NCBI GenBank assembly: GCA_963774795.1
Contig: CAVZGI010000009.1
Location: 674,437 to 738,436 of the forward strand
Reading direction: 5' to 3'
Origin: an uncultured Methanobacteriaceae archaeon
GTDB lineage: Archaea; Methanobacteriota; Methanobacteria; Methanobacteriales; Methanobacteriaceae
DNA length: 64,000 bases
Shown: positions 33,962-46,175 of the stretch, piece after piece
How the letters are laid out: the number at the start of each line of letters is the position of its first letter
Numbering within the stretch: position 1 is the stretch's first letter
Program-made: the position numbers and the translations under genes
Notes under the pieces: generated by a model
Seen by the model: only the letters and a program-made list of their open reading frames with translations
Told to the model about the DNA's origin: nothing
The model's database searches: none

Positions 33962-34308
33962 GAATTACATAAATTATTTATCTAACCCATTTTCTGTCCT
34001 TAGATATGGATTTGAATAATCATGAAGAAATTGATAGGAATCTTAAAAAAAATTTAATATTATCAATTTAATATTATCTTAACATTATATGATTGATTAA
34101 GTGATTTTTTATATAAGATTAATTAATCTATTAATCTAATTGGATTATTTGGTTATATCATTAGATATTTTCAAGAAATTCATGTTTAAAAATATAATCC
34201 TAATTTAATTTTAAAATAAATTATTCTAGCCTTAAATCACACATTTTAAGGTTTCAGATTGTAATTTAAGAATATTCAAGAAATTATTAAAAAATTTACA
34301 GGTTTAAA

Positions 34309-35325
34309 ATGAAGCACAAGGGATTAGTTTTGATATTGGCCGGGTTAGGAATCCTGGCGGTCATGATTCTTTTTATAGGACCGGGCCAAATTGAAAAAGC
34401 ATTGGAAAAAGCAAATCCTATATTTATAGTGCTGGCTGTAATTATTCAACTGGTTATTTATGGTTTGTTGACATTAAGATGGTCCGTAACTACGGAGGCT
34501 GTTGAAATAAATGTGAAAAAAAGGCACCTATTACCAATGCTCATGGTAAGTCTTGCAGTAAATAATATTACGCCAAGTGCCAGGGGTGGAGGAGAACCTG
34601 TAAGAGCTTATATACTTTCTAAATATTCTCAATGTTCAATGGAATCCTCATTTGCAACTGTGATAGCAGACCGTGGCTTGGATATGTTCCCCTTCATAGT
34701 TCTGGCAATAATGACTATTTTTGCTATTGTGATGTATTTTAATTTAGCATTATGGCTGGTTTTAAGTCTTATACTAGCGGTTATTATATTAACAATCCTT
34801 TTCATCATTGCAGTTTACATGTCTTTAAACAAAAAAGCAGGGGAAAAAATTACAAAAGGCATTTTAAAAATAATCCGCAGATTTTATAAGAAAAATCCTG
34901 AGAAATTTGAAAAAAAAGCATTAAATGCTATCCACGAGTTTCAATACACCATGAAATTAATGTTAAAAGAAAGAAAAATATTTTTATATGCTTTGCCTCT
35001 TTCCTTTTTAATATGGATTTTAGAAATATTAAGGGTTTATCTGGTGTTTACTTCTTTTGGAATTGATGTATCTCTTATTTTGATAGCCGTGGTTTTTATA
35101 ATCGCAAGTTTAATAGGAATGATTCCTCTGCTTCCTGGAGGGCTGGGGGCAGTAGATGGGATAATGATTTTACTTTACACTGCTGCAGGTATTCCACCGT
35201 CTATCAGTGCAGCAGCAACAGTTGTTGAGCGACTAATATCTTTTTGGATGACTTCCATAATTGGAATTGCCTGTTTACCATACTTTGGTTCTAGTGTTAT
35301 TGAAAAAATAACGAAGAAAATATAA
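34309..35325 (+). CDS. Flippase-like / lysylphosphatidylglycerol-synthase TM-region family membrane protein
   Basis: 8 TM helices; topology typical of the UPF0104 family. Confidence 0.55.
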   Translation: MKHKGLVLILAGLGILAVMILFIGPGQIEKALEKANPIFIVLAVIIQLVIYGLLTLRWSVTTEAVEINVKKRHLLPMLMVSLAVNNITPSARGGGEPVRAYILSKYSQCSMESSFATVIADRGLDMFPFIVLAIMTIFAIVMYFNLALWLVLSLILAVIILTILFIIAVYMSLNKKAGEKITKGILKIIRRFYKKNPEKFEKKALNAIHEFQYTMKLMLKERKIFLYALPLSFLIWILEILRVYLVFTSFGIDVSLILIAVVFIIASLIGMIPLLPGGLGAVDGIMILLYTAAGIPPSISAAATVVERLISFWMTSIIGIACLPYFGSSVIEKITKKI

Positions 35326-35572
35326 TATACTTTAAATAAATTAATTACAGAAAAATAAACAGTAGAATAAATAGTAGTATTTAGTCTTGAAATTATGGAT
35401 AAGGAATAATTTTCGAATTAATTTCTTATTATATTTCAATTAATATTAAAATATTATTTCAATAATTGAGCATTAAAATCTCAGTCTGAATCCATACATG
35501 AAGTTTTTAATCGAATAAAAAAGATTTAATCTTTAAACAAGTAATTACAATCAGATTAAACGTAGGTATCTT

Positions 35573-36706
35573 ATGCAAGAAGAATATTCTTATCAAGGCG
35601 GAGAAATTACCGGGGATAGTGGCCACTTTGAGAAAGAATCATTTTTAAATGAATATGAAGTATTAAGAGAGGACATAAGGTCTTCAACAGAGTACTTAGG
35701 GTTTTTGTTGGATCAAAACCCTGACCCGTGGTATCTTTATGATTTAAATGGATTTTTAGTTGATTGTAATAAATTATTTGAGGATTTAGTTGGGTATACT
35801 CGTCTGGATTTGATAGGAAAATGCTTTTTGCGTCTTAAATTGCTTCCACTCATACAAAGGGCCAGGGCTAAGATTATCTTGGATAAGAATGCTAATGGAA
35901 TTATTAGCGGGCCTGATGAATTTGAATTCATTAGAAAAGACGGTGAAATTATTAATGTTGAGCTTAAAACGTCTTTAATTGAGATTAAAAGTAAAAAATT
36001 GGTGATGGTAACTGTACGGGATGTTGAAAAACATTTAAATAAAGAGAAAGAGCTAAAAAAACGGACAGAATCTCGGGAAGAAATGATTGAAGAGCTTTAC
36101 CGTCAAATTGAAAAAAACTTGCAGATTGTTACCAGCCTCATGAATCTCCAAAAAGCCCATATGAGGGATGATAAAGATGCTGAACTCCTTCAAGACACTC
36201 ATAATCGGGTAAAATCCATTAGAAAAGCTTATGAAAAGCTTATTCATTCACCTGAACTTACTCGAATTAATTTTGCTGAATATTCTAAAAGTATTCTTTC
36301 TGGACTTTTAAGTACATATGCTCCAGAACCAGGTAATATACGACTTAATGTGGAAGTTGAAGATACTTTCATGGACATGGGAACCTCCATTCCTTTGGGA
36401 ATGATTATTACTGAACTGGTTTCTAATAGTTTTAGACACGCCTTCAAACCAGATGTGATGGGTGAAATAAGAATTATTTTCAGAAACTATCCGGATTATT
36501 ATGTGTTAAGAGTTCAGGATGATGGTGAAGGATTTCCCGACAGCGTAGATTTTGATAAAACTCCTTCTTTAGGCCTTCAACTGGTTAAAAATCTGGTAAA
36601 TCAAGTAGATGGTCAAATGAAGAGAAAATTATCTGGTGGGACCTGTTTCTCAATAGAAGTTCCTAAATTAGGTAGTTTAGAATTAGACAGGATATATAAG
36701 GGTTAA
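35573..36706 (+). CDS. PAS-domain sensor histidine kinase (HisKA_2 / HATPase_c)
   Basis: PAS fold, then H-box (LQKAHMRDDKD ... HNRVKS) and ATPase G-boxes (DDGEGFP, GLGLQLV). Confidence 0.75.
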   Translation: MQEEYSYQGGEITGDSGHFEKESFLNEYEVLREDIRSSTEYLGFLLDQNPDPWYLYDLNGFLVDCNKLFEDLVGYTRLDLIGKCFLRLKLLPLIQRARAKIILDKNANGIISGPDEFEFIRKDGEIINVELKTSLIEIKSKKLVMVTVRDVEKHLNKEKELKKRTESREEMIEELYRQIEKNLQIVTSLMNLQKAHMRDDKDAELLQDTHNRVKSIRKAYEKLIHSPELTRINFAEYSKSILSGLLSTYAPEPGNIRLNVEVEDTFMDMGTSIPLGMIITELVSNSFRHAFKPDVMGEIRIIFRNYPDYYVLRVQDDGEGFPDSVDFDKTPSLGLQLVKNLVNQVDGQMKRKLSGGTCFSIEVPKLGSLELDRIYKG

Positions 36707-37029
36707 TTCCTACCTAATTTTCATTATAATTTTTTCATTTATTTTTATTTTTCGACTCTCAAATTAGACTATAAGTTATTTTGTTAAATCATGAGTTCTT
36801 TTATGCAATTTTCAGATTTTTCATATCAAGTTAAACAGGCAAAGAAAGTTGTAATTATTAAAGATTTTCTTAAAATGGCTGAAATCATTTTTTAAAGATT
36901 TATTTGGGCCATTGGTGTGATATTACTTGTAAAAATTTCTATATTTTCAATAAAATCTAGTAGTTTGCATAAAATCAAATAGAAAAATATATAATAATTC
37001 TTTTACTACATCAAACTCGGTGATAATAC

Positions 37030-37923
37030 ATGGAAATAAATGGTGTGGAAATAGAAGACACTTTTGCAGAAGCATTTGGAATACAGGTTTCACGATTGCT
37101 TGTAACCGCAGCAACAAAAAAATTGGCTAAAATCGCAGCTACTGAAGCTACTGGGTACGGAACATCTGTTATTGGCTGTCCGGCAGAGGCAGGAATTGAC
37201 CGGTATGTCCCTCCAGAAGAAACTCCAGATGGCCGACCAGGTTACATAATCATGATCTGTAATATGAACAAGGGTAAACTGGATCACGAACTATTAGAGC
37301 GAGTTGGAATGTGTATTTTAACTGCAGCAACCACTGCAGTGTTCGACGCTCTGGATGATGCAGACGAGAAACTGAAAACTGGCCAAAAACTGAAATTCTT
37401 CGGGGATGGCTACGAGAAAAAATTAGAAGTTGCCGGAAGGACAATATTCTCCATCCCATTAATGTCTGGAGACTTTTTAATTGAAGGAGAACTAGGAATA
37501 AAATCTGGGGTAGCTGGAGGAAATTTAATAATACTTGCTGAAAATCAAGCAGCAGGTCTATTAGCTGCAGAAGTAGCAGTAGATGCCATAGAGAATGTTC
37601 CAGGTACCATTACTCCATTCCCTGGTGGAATTGTCGCATCTGGTTCCAAAGTAGGATCCAACAAATACAAGTTCTTGGGAGCTTCCACCAATGAAAAAAT
37701 GTGTGTAACCCTAAAAGACGAAGTAGAAGACACTCAAATTCCTGCTGATGTAAACGGTGTTTATGAAATCGTTATTGATGGTGTAGATGAAGAATCTGTT
37801 AAAGCAGCAACCAAAGCAGCTGTTGAAGCCGCAGTTAAAGTGCCTGGTGTTTTAAAAATCAGTGCTGTAAACTTTGGCGGAGATCTGGGTGCTTACAAAA
37901 TAGCTTTACATGATTTATTTTAA
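37030..37923 (+). CDS. ftr: Formylmethanofuran--tetrahydromethanopterin N-formyltransferase
   Basis: [33 protein letters not shown] ... 297 aa, characteristic Ftr. Confidence 0.95.
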   Translation: MEINGVEIEDTFAEAFGIQVSRLLVTAATKKLAKIAATEATGYGTSVIGCPAEAGIDRYVPPEETPDGRPGYIIMICNMNKGKLDHELLERVGMCILTAATTAVFDALDDADEKLKTGQKLKFFGDGYEKKLEVAGRTIFSIPLMSGDFLIEGELGIKSGVAGGNLIILAENQAAGLLAAEVAVDAIENVPGTITPFPGGIVASGSKVGSNKYKFLGASTNEKMCVTLKDEVEDTQIPADVNGVYEIVIDGVDEESVKAATKAAVEAAVKVPGVLKISAVNFGGDLGAYKIALHDLF

Positions 37924-37928
37924 ATAAA

Positions 37929-37959
37929 AGGAGTTAAATACTCCAAATAAATTTTTTTA
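37929..37959 (+). terminator. Hairpin plus oligo-T run downstream of ftr
   Basis: aggagttaaatactcc inverted repeat followed by attttttt (T7 at 37953-37959). Confidence 0.4.
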
Positions 37960-38126
37960 CTTATTTTATAATTATTAGCTATTTTTAATATTATTTCTTT
38001 ATAATAAATTGTTAAAAAATAAAAATTATAATATTAATTATTAAAATAGATAAGATTAATAAATAATTTATATGAATATAATTTTTAAATAGAATAAATT
38101 TAAGAAATAAAGAAAAAAATTAGTTA

Positions 38127-40064
38127 TTATTCAATACAGAACTGTCTAACATTTTCTTTTTCTACAATTTCCCAAATTTTATCTTCTGGAAGATTTATTC
38201 CCATTAAAACTCCATTTTTATTCAGTTTCTTTGTTATATTGTGAATGATTTTTTCTTCGGGTGCAGCCACAGTATGGGTGTGTATATGTCGAGATATTTC
38301 ATAGAGCGCTGTGAGAGAACGCCGGGCATCAGGTTTTTTAAGCTCTTCTTCGCAATTATCAAGATCTGCTCGGTTTTTAAGATTCAAGTTACGTGTTACA
38401 ACTTGTCTAACACCGGGCAGGTAATGTTTTGCATCTAGTATTCTTCCGCCCTCACCAATAATTATTTCTTTATCGTCCAGGTTTCCCACGTCGTGTTTAA
38501 CCAGAATTTGAATTACTCGACCTGTTTTTTCGATAATTTCTTTAATTTCATTAGGGGTCATATTAACTCCTAATAAGAACCCTTTTTTACTTAATTCTTT
38601 TTCTACTCGATTTAGACTTTTAGTATCAGGGCCTGAAATTCTATGGGTGTGTATGCCTCCACCAGAAAGGGTATAAATCCGATCTAAAGATTCATATTTG
38701 CCCGCGTTTTTCTCCAGGTTATCTAAAAACTTTTTAACTTCCTTCATATCAGAAAGACCTATTTTACGCCGCAATGGTTCTCCAAAACCAGTGAAATAAT
38801 ATTCGATATCTTCCAGTGTGCAACCGTGTTTTAAAATTATTTCGGCTTCTTCCATAATATCAGAAACGCCGTGATTTTCTACAATAATCATTTCTGGCTT
38901 TATAACAACTTCTACCAACCGTCCGTACTTACGAGCAACTTCTTTAATTTCATCAGGCTCTAAATTAACTCCTAAGAGAATTCCTTCCTTTTTTAATTCC
39001 TTGGCTAATTTTTCCAGTGTTTCTTTATCTGGTCCGGAGATCCAGTGGGAATGTATTCCACTAACCGATTCGTATATTCTTTCTAAGGAATTTTTTCGGT
39101 TGATATCATCATCTAAACTTTCTAAAAATTTATTTAATTGATCTATTTTGGAAATTCCGATTTTTCGGGCTAATGGTTCTTTAAATTCAGGTAAATGGTA
39201 TTCTATATCTTCCAGGGTGCAGCCGTACTTGATTATTATTTCTGATTCCTTTCTGATGTCACCCACTTCATGCATCATGGTAATTTTCATCATGGTAGGT
39301 TCAATAGCTGCAAAATAAATGTCTTCCCCTCCACTGGTTTCAGGGGATATTACCCGGTCGGCTCCGGAGCGGTAAAGACGTTTAATATTTTCTCTTTTAC
39401 TGGCTCTAGATACAATCCATATTTCAGGATGAATCTCCCGGGAGGTCAAAGTTATGAAAAGATTATCCACATCTTCACCGGTGGCAATTATAACTCCCCG
39501 GGCCCTACTAATGCCTGCTTCTTTCAAGACACTTTCGTCAGTGGCATCCCCGGGTATGGCCAGTACATTAGGGTCTTCCCAAAGTTCTTTTTCCACTAAA
39601 TCCCGGTTTCTTTCAATAATTATGGCTTTTTGATTTCGTTCTTTCAATTCTTTAAAAACTGCTGCTCCAACTCTTCCATATCCACAAAGAACAAAGTGAT
39701 TTTCCATGGAAGTCATTTTTCTTCGTATTCTGGAGCCAGAAGCAATATCTTCTACTGTCATGGTTACCACCGATATACTAAGGCTGAAAACATAAGCAAT
39801 AAGTCCTACCCCTGCCAAAGCCAAGCTAACTGCAAAAAGCTTTTGTGCGGCTGTTTGGGGGATTATATCTCCGTATCCCACTGTAGCAACGGTTATAATT
39901 GTAAAATAAATAGCATTTATCGGATCCAGACCCATTATATAAAGAGATCCAATAACCCCATAAATGATTAAAATTACCAGGGCAATAAGAGCAAAATAAA
40001 ATATGGAAAGCGGTATTGCCTGGATATCCTCAGCTTTGGGTAGTGGTATACGTGAAGAGGCCAA
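38127..40064 (-). CDS. Two-TM K+ channel (TVGYGD filter) with an RCK/TrkA-N domain and three tandem C-terminal repeats of about 125 aa of unknown function
   Basis: TVATVGYGD selectivity filter; [16 protein letters not shown] Rossmann motif; repeats share [10 protein letters not shown] ... RIY..SGGIH(S/T)H.ISGPD ... LLGVN..P.EIKE. Confidence 0.8.
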   Translation of the reverse strand: MASSRIPLPKAEDIQAIPLSIFYFALIALVILIIYGVIGSLYIMGLDPINAIYFTIITVATVGYGDIIPQTAAQKLFAVSLALAGVGLIAYVFSLSISVVTMTVEDIASGSRIRRKMTSMENHFVLCGYGRVGAAVFKELKERNQKAIIIERNRDLVEKELWEDPNVLAIPGDATDESVLKEAGISRARGVIIATGEDVDNLFITLTSREIHPEIWIVSRASKRENIKRLYRSGADRVISPETSGGEDIYFAAIEPTMMKITMMHEVGDIRKESEIIIKYGCTLEDIEYHLPEFKEPLARKIGISKIDQLNKFLESLDDDINRKNSLERIYESVSGIHSHWISGPDKETLEKLAKELKKEGILLGVNLEPDEIKEVARKYGRLVEVVIKPEMIIVENHGVSDIMEEAEIILKHGCTLEDIEYYFTGFGEPLRRKIGLSDMKEVKKFLDNLEKNAGKYESLDRIYTLSGGGIHTHRISGPDTKSLNRVEKELSKKGFLLGVNMTPNEIKEIIEKTGRVIQILVKHDVGNLDDKEIIIGEGGRILDAKHYLPGVRQVVTRNLNLKNRADLDNCEEELKKPDARRSLTALYEISRHIHTHTVAAPEEKIIHNITKKLNKNGVLMGINLPEDKIWEIVEKENVRQFCIE

Positions 40065-40234
40065 TTATAACACCTCATTAATATGCCCTTTTTTATAATT
40101 ACCTTAAAAAATGGACTTGAATGAATAATAGACTTGAATGAATTGTTTTTAGGGATTAAATTATCTATTTAATAGATTATTCATTTGAGTTATTATTAAA
40201 TATTCTCTATTACAATTATATAAATAGTGATACT

Positions 40235-41743
40235 ATGAAACCGCTGGACATGATGGTGGCAGACTATAATGCAGAATATTTAGGAATTTCCCGACTCAGC
40301 CTGATGGAAAATGCAGGAAAATCCCTGGCCCAGGAGATATCCTATATTAATACCACGGGAAAAGTTATAATTTTCACAGGATCTGGTGGAAATGGTGGTG
40401 ATGGATTTGTAGCGGCTAGACATCTCTTGAATATGGGATTTAAAGTTAAAATAATTTTATTGACCCGGCCATCACAAATAAAATCTAAAGAGTCTCTCCA
40501 GAATTGGAATGTTCTGGAGAATATGGGTCCCTATTTATCCGATTTGGAAATTGAAATATGCACGGATTCTTCTCAAATTAATTTTGAATTATTGGGTGAT
40601 GATGAAGACGTCCTGGTGGACGCTATTTTAGGAACAGGAATCAAGGGAATCATTAGAGAACCTGTTAGATCTGCAATAGAATTAATCAATGCATCAAATT
40701 CAGTTAAGGTATCGGCGGATATTCCCAGCGGCATGGATCCTTTAACAGGGGATATAATTGATATTGCGGTGGATGCAGATTATACGGTGACTTTTCATCG
40801 CCAAAAATCTGGTCTGGAAAAAGCATCTCCTGATAATATTGGAAAACTAATAATCTGTGATATAGGGATTCCCAAGGAAGCTGAGGTGTTCTTAGGAGCG
40901 GGAGATCTTTTGAGAATTAAACCAAGAAATAAGGATGCTCATAAAGGAGCCAATGGTAACCTTTTGATAATAGGCGGTAGTAAAGAGTATGCTGGTGCTC
41001 CAGCATTGGCGGGATTGGCAGCATTGGCGGCTGGCGCAGATATGGTAACTATAGTATGTCCAGAATCTGCTTCTATTCCTATTAAATCTTATTCTCCTGA
41101 TTTGATTGTAAAAGGGCTTCCTGGGGATTACATTAATTCAGAAATGGTTGAAACTATTTTAGATTTATCTGATAATGCAGATTGTATTTTAATAGGCTGT
41201 GGGATGGGAAAAGAGAATCTAACCCGGAAAGCACTGGAGGTGCTTATTCCGAAACTTATTGAAAGAGAAAAACCACTGGTGATGGATGCCGATGCTTTAA
41301 AACTGGTTGATAAAGATTTAGTGAAAAATCAAGAGAATTTGATTATAACCCCCCATATGGGCGAATTTAAAACGTTTTTTGGTCAAAAATCATCGATAAT
41401 GCTTTTTGATATTAAGGAAAAAATAGCTGCATTTCAATCGATTTCTCAACAAATAAAAGGAACAGTTTTACTTAAGGGCAAATTAGACATGATTTTCAAT
41501 GGAAAAAAATTCCGGCTTAATAAAACAGGAAGCCCCGGAATGACTGTTGGAGGCACTGGTGATTGTTTAGCTGGTTTAATAGCAGCACTACGATCTCAAG
41601 GTCACTCTCCATGGGATTCGGCTTGTTTAGGTGCATTTATTAATGGACGGGCTGGTGAATTGGCTGAAAAAAGATGGGGTTATAATTTCACTGCATCTAA
41701 AATGATTGAATTTTATAGTGAAGCCATGAAACATGATTTTTGA
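40235..41743 (+). CDS. nnr: Bifunctional NAD(P)H-hydrate repair enzyme (epimerase plus ADP-dependent dehydratase)
   Basis: YjeF-N GSGGNGGDG motif and C-terminal carbohydrate-kinase-like GTGDCLAG motif. Confidence 0.85.
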   Translation: MKPLDMMVADYNAEYLGISRLSLMENAGKSLAQEISYINTTGKVIIFTGSGGNGGDGFVAARHLLNMGFKVKIILLTRPSQIKSKESLQNWNVLENMGPYLSDLEIEICTDSSQINFELLGDDEDVLVDAILGTGIKGIIREPVRSAIELINASNSVKVSADIPSGMDPLTGDIIDIAVDADYTVTFHRQKSGLEKASPDNIGKLIICDIGIPKEAEVFLGAGDLLRIKPRNKDAHKGANGNLLIIGGSKEYAGAPALAGLAALAAGADMVTIVCPESASIPIKSYSPDLIVKGLPGDYINSEMVETILDLSDNADCILIGCGMGKENLTRKALEVLIPKLIEREKPLVMDADALKLVDKDLVKNQENLIITPHMGEFKTFFGQKSSIMLFDIKEKIAAFQSISQQIKGTVLLKGKLDMIFNGKKFRLNKTGSPGMTVGGTGDCLAGLIAALRSQGHSPWDSACLGAFINGRAGELAEKRWGYNFTASKMIEFYSEAMKHDF

Positions 41744-41827
41744 AAGAAATAATGGAAGATATCGATAAATTCTAATTTTATTGAATGTTTACTTTTTTTG
41801 GATTAAAATAAATTAGGGGATATTTGT

Positions 41828-42097
41828 TCAAAATAAGCCCAGGGATTTAGTTATAATTAAGACACCTACTCCAATTATTCCTCCAAATCCTGCTACAAGT
41901 ATAGTTAACAAATTTATTGGTATTTTAACAAAAGGAAACAGGTTTAATATAAAAAGAAATATAAAACCCAGGGCCATGTTGAATATTATGGTAATAGTTG
42001 CTTTTCCTAATTTTGAAATCATTTTTATTCCAAACAATCCTAGAGTGATTATAAATGTTCCAATAACAATCAAAATCATTATATTGAGGATTTCCAT
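41828..42097 (-). CDS. Hypothetical small membrane protein
   Basis: 89 aa, three TM helices. Confidence 0.35.
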   Translation of the reverse strand: MEILNIMILIVIGTFIITLGLFGIKMISKLGKATITIIFNMALGFIFLFILNLFPFVKIPINLLTILVAGFGGIIGVGVLIITKSLGLF

Positions 42098-42398
42098 GAT
42101 TAATGCTCCTTTTAAGTTTTAAATTATCTATTAATTAACTTCAATTAGATATGTATACATTATAAACATTGAAGACACTTAATTTTAGATTAAAGATAAT
42201 TTAAAGATTCCTTTATTAAAAATTTTCCCTAGCAAATGATTACTATTACTTATTAAACATAAAATTTTATAAATAGCTGAATATCTAAAAATATCTAAAA
42301 TTTGGTCTAAATAGCCTAATGGAATAGGGAATTTTATTAATCAAATAAAATTAAAAATAAAGAAAAATAAAGATTAATTAAATTTAATTTTAAATTAA

Positions 42399-43580
42399 TT
42401 AATCATTTTTACAGATTTTATTATAGAGAGCAGCTTGTAAAGCGTAGTTTTTAACCATACCAACCATTTCGCGCTGGTCCATCCCTTTATCCTCAAAAGA
42501 AACTACTTCTTGCTGATAAAGGCTGAATGGAGAAGTTCTTCCTACAATACGCATGCCACCTTTATGGAGCTTAATCTTAACAGTTCCAGATACTCTGCGC
42601 TGCATATGGTCAATAAGCTGGTCTAAATCTTCTCGGAGAGGGTCATGCCAGGTTCCATTGTAAACTAACTCAGAATAGGTACTACTAACAGTTTCAGCGA
42701 ATTTTAGTTCACTGCGGGTTAATGTTATTTGCTCTAATGCTTTGTGAGCGGTTAAAATCAAGAAAGCTCCTGGAGTTTCATAGATTTCTCTGCTTTTGAG
42801 TCCTATGATTCGGTCTTCAATTATATCAACCCGGCCAATCCCATGAATGCCAGCTATCCGGTTGCATTCGTTGATTATGTCCAGTGCACCCATTTTTTCC
42901 CCGTCAATGGCCACTGGAACTCCTTTTTCAAATTCCATTTCCACTATTTGGGCTTCTTCAGGAGCATCGGCACTGGAACTGGTCCAGCTAAAAGCATCTT
43001 CTGGTGGTTCTACCATAGGGTCTTCTAAAATGTCTCCTTCAATGGCTCGCCCCCATAGATTCTCATCAATACTGTATAGCTTGTCTGAAGGTAGCGGAAT
43101 GCCACATGACTTGGCGTAGTCCACTTCTTCGCTTCTAGTGAGATTTAGTTCTCTTATTGGTGCTACAACTTTACAATCAGACAAAGAACGGATAATAGCT
43201 TCGAATCGGAACTGATCATTTCCTTTACCAGTGCATCCGTGTGCTATAGCTGAAGCTCCCTCTTTCTGGGCCAATTCAACAATTTTCATGGCAATTAATG
43301 GTCTGGCCAGGGCAGTACTCAGAGGATAACCTTCATAAAGAGCGTTTGCCTTTATGGCTTTAAAAATAAAATCGTTAGCAAATTCTTCCTGAGCATCAAT
43401 AGTATAATGCTTATAACTTCCTAATCCATTAGCAACTGATGCTGGTCGTTCAATTTCTTCTCTGGGCTGTCCAACATCCACACAAGCTGTTATAACTTCC
43501 ATATTATATTTTTCTTCCAGTAATTTAATGCAAACAGATGTGTCTAGACCGCCACTGAATGCGAGAACCACTTTCTCCAT
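42399..43580 (-). CDS. argG: Argininosuccinate synthase
   Basis: [23 protein letters not shown]-loop and full-length ArgG architecture. Confidence 0.95.
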   Translation of the reverse strand: MEKVVLAFSGGLDTSVCIKLLEEKYNMEVITACVDVGQPREEIERPASVANGLGSYKHYTIDAQEEFANDFIFKAIKANALYEGYPLSTALARPLIAMKIVELAQKEGASAIAHGCTGKGNDQFRFEAIIRSLSDCKVVAPIRELNLTRSEEVDYAKSCGIPLPSDKLYSIDENLWGRAIEGDILEDPMVEPPEDAFSWTSSSADAPEEAQIVEMEFEKGVPVAIDGEKMGALDIINECNRIAGIHGIGRVDIIEDRIIGLKSREIYETPGAFLILTAHKALEQITLTRSELKFAETVSSTYSELVYNGTWHDPLREDLDQLIDHMQRRVSGTVKIKLHKGGMRIVGRTSPFSLYQQEVVSFEDKGMDQREMVGMVKNYALQAALYNKICKND

Positions 43581-44033
43581 TTTATCACCTGATAATTCGT
43601 TATTTTAATTATAAACTTTGTTTAGTTATAAAATTTATTTTAATAAATCAATTTAAGGACTTACCGATTCAATATCTATTAAAATATATTATAAAATTAG
43701 TATATAAACAATTATTATATAAAATTTAAAAATTCTAAAGATTTATTGTGACTCAATTTATTATGGAGTGAGTCTAATAATTAAATATGGATGTATTGAG
43801 AACTATGAATTATCAAATATAAACTGATTATAAACTATAAAACTAATTTATAAACTATGATTATCAAGTTCTTATCTTTATTTAGATTAAATCATGTTCG
43901 ATAGATCTAATATCGGTATCAGATAGTAAAATAATAAAAATATTTTAGATTAATTCAATTGAATCTGATTAAATGTGGTTAAATATTAGAATATTGGTAT
44001 AATTAGAAACGATAGGGTTTTGATGTGGTTTAA

Positions 44034-44786
44034 ATGGTGTTTGTGGAGTCAGTAAATGATATCAATGGAAAAATAAGTTTGATATCCAATAAGGCAGGTG
44101 GCATCATTGAGGAAAACAATGCCATGCGAAAAAATATTTCTCCCAATATTATCAGTAAAAATTTGCTAAAATTTGCCAAAAATGGTACTCCTCTTGTAGA
44201 AATCGGAAATGGAGATCCTAAGGTTATTATGGTTGCTGGAATTCATGGTAATGAACTTCCTCCCCAAATAGCTTTGTTAAATCTAATTGAAATGCTGGGA
44301 CAAGAAAAACTGTATGGAACTGCATATATTGTTCCTTTTGCTGCTCCTGGAGCCACTATGGCTAATAGCCGCTGGCTTGATGGTGTGGATTTGAATCGGG
44401 CAGGTTCTAATAACGATTCAGTTACTCATGAACTATTGAAATTGATCAAAAGGCTTAAAGTGGATGCTGTTGCTGATTTTCACTCCACCAAGCTTCGCAG
44501 TAATCCTGGTCGGGAAAGCGTATTCTGCACTAAAAACCCTTGTAAGGAAAGTTTTGAAATAGGTCAATTTATTACCCAGAAAACCTCTTCAGAATTAATA
44601 TGTTATAATTCTGCAGGAACTATGTACAAAGGGGCTCTGGAAGATGAATGCAATATTATGGGCATCCCGGCAGTCACCTGCGAAGTGGTATCTGAAAATG
44701 GGCAAGTAACACCGGGAAGTATTGAAAGGTCTCTGATGCAAATGGAATCTTATTTGGAGCACTTCAAAATTATTAATAAAGATTAA
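44034..44786 (+). CDS. Succinylglutamate desuccinylase / aspartoacylase (AstE/AspA) family zinc hydrolase
   Basis: VIMVAGIHGNELPPQIALLNLIE zinc-binding motif. Confidence 0.65.
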   Translation: MVFVESVNDINGKISLISNKAGGIIEENNAMRKNISPNIISKNLLKFAKNGTPLVEIGNGDPKVIMVAGIHGNELPPQIALLNLIEMLGQEKLYGTAYIVPFAAPGATMANSRWLDGVDLNRAGSNNDSVTHELLKLIKRLKVDAVADFHSTKLRSNPGRESVFCTKNPCKESFEIGQFITQKTSSELICYNSAGTMYKGALEDECNIMGIPAVTCEVVSENGQVTPGSIERSLMQMESYLEHFKIINKD

Positions 44787-44913
44787 TATTAATCAAGAAT
44801 GTTTTATTTTATTCATAAATTTAATTCATAAGAAATTATTAAAAGAAATATAATTAATATTGTAAGAAAAGCATAAGACTGGAATCAGTACAAGTATTCA
44901 CGGAAGTAATTAA

Positions 44914-45585
44914 ATGCCCTCTTATAAAAAACACGCTATTTTCGCTATTATATTAACTTTACCGTTTTTTCCAAATGTTTTTTCTTTAGCAATGGCCGTT
45001 ATTGGGGCGTCATTTCCCGATTTTGATCATAAAGTTAAAAAGAAAAACATTTCATTTCTGTTTATAATAGGTCTGATACTTACCGTTGCATTGTATATAT
45101 TTAAATTACCCTATTTACTTGGTATAATTTTGATTACACTGGCATTAATATTTTATTTATCTGAACACAGGGGATTTACTCACTCATTATTGGGAATATT
45201 TTTACTTTCTGTTATATTGACCGTGTTGGTAATTTCTGCTTATTTTTTCTTTTTTGACCTGGGACTTAGTCAACAAGGAACTCTGGTACTTATTTTAATA
45301 TTACTGGGGTCCTTATCTGTTAATAAGAATATAATGCTTCCATTCATATTCTTAGGAGTTTTGGGAATTTTTTTAACTCCGTTTCCAGGGCTGGATCTTT
45401 ACAAAGTTATGGGCGCATTTTCCCTGGGATTTATTAGCCATGTGATTCTGGATTCTTATACCTCCCAAGGAGTCGAATTTTTCCGCCCTTTCTATTCAAA
45501 AAGATTTAAAAAAGGATTCGGGATCTTTTTAATAGTTTTATGGATACTGGGAGCTTCTTATTACGTTTTTAATTACATTTTATAA
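44914..45585 (+). CDS. Membrane-bound metal-dependent hydrolase (DUF457-like)
   Basis: SFPDFDHK and RGFTHSLLG motifs in TM helices. Confidence 0.5.
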   Translation: MPSYKKHAIFAIILTLPFFPNVFSLAMAVIGASFPDFDHKVKKKNISFLFIIGLILTVALYIFKLPYLLGIILITLALIFYLSEHRGFTHSLLGIFLLSVILTVLVISAYFFFFDLGLSQQGTLVLILILLGSLSVNKNIMLPFIFLGVLGIFLTPFPGLDLYKVMGAFSLGFISHVILDSYTSQGVEFFRPFYSKRFKKGFGIFLIVLWILGASYYVFNYIL

Positions 45586-45863
45586 CTATCTTTTTTTTAA
45601 AATCAAGAAATAAATCAATTTTTTAAACAAACTATGGGGTATGTTTTATTTTCAAATTTTTGTTTAAATTTGTTCATTTAATAAATTTTAAGCCCGGAAA
45701 AGATTTAATTTATGGGAATTACTATTTCTAAAAATTTTAATAGAAACATTTATATTATCATAAATAATCATGTTAATTATTCATATATCATATTGATGGA
45801 CTTCTAAATTATCTAAAATTATGTTGAATTGAGATCAAATAATGAGACAAGGAGTTAGCTCAC

Positions 45864-46175
45864 ATGTTTATCACTAGAATTTTCTATGGCATCGCATATT
45901 TCGTTGTTTTAATATATGAAATTATTAAGGCAGAGATTGATGTGGCTTTAAGGACTATTAATGGAGATGTAAAGCCAGTAGTCATGGAAATAGAAACTGT
46001 ACTGGAAAGGCCAATATCTCAAACAATTCTGGCTAATAGCATTACTTTAACACCAGGTACTCTTTCTATTGACCTTGATTCTGAAAATAATATATTAAAA
46101 GTTGCAACTATCGTAAAAAGAGATAAAGAAGCGGTAATTCCATTTGAACCTTACATAAAAGGCATGTTGGAATAA
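45864..46175 (+). CDS. Energy-converting hydrogenase membrane subunit, MnhE/MrpE-like
   Basis: SITLTPGTLSID motif; RBS AAGGAG; first gene of the hydrogenase locus. Confidence 0.6.
   Translation: MFITRIFYGIAYFVVLIYEIIKAEIDVALRTINGDVKPVVMEIETVLERPISQTILANSITLTPGTLSIDLDSENNILKVATIVKRDKEAVIPFEPYIKGMLE

Noticed and set aside
37090-37733. Three short minus-strand ORFs inside ftr
   Set aside because: Antisense to a highly conserved, full-length ftr gene
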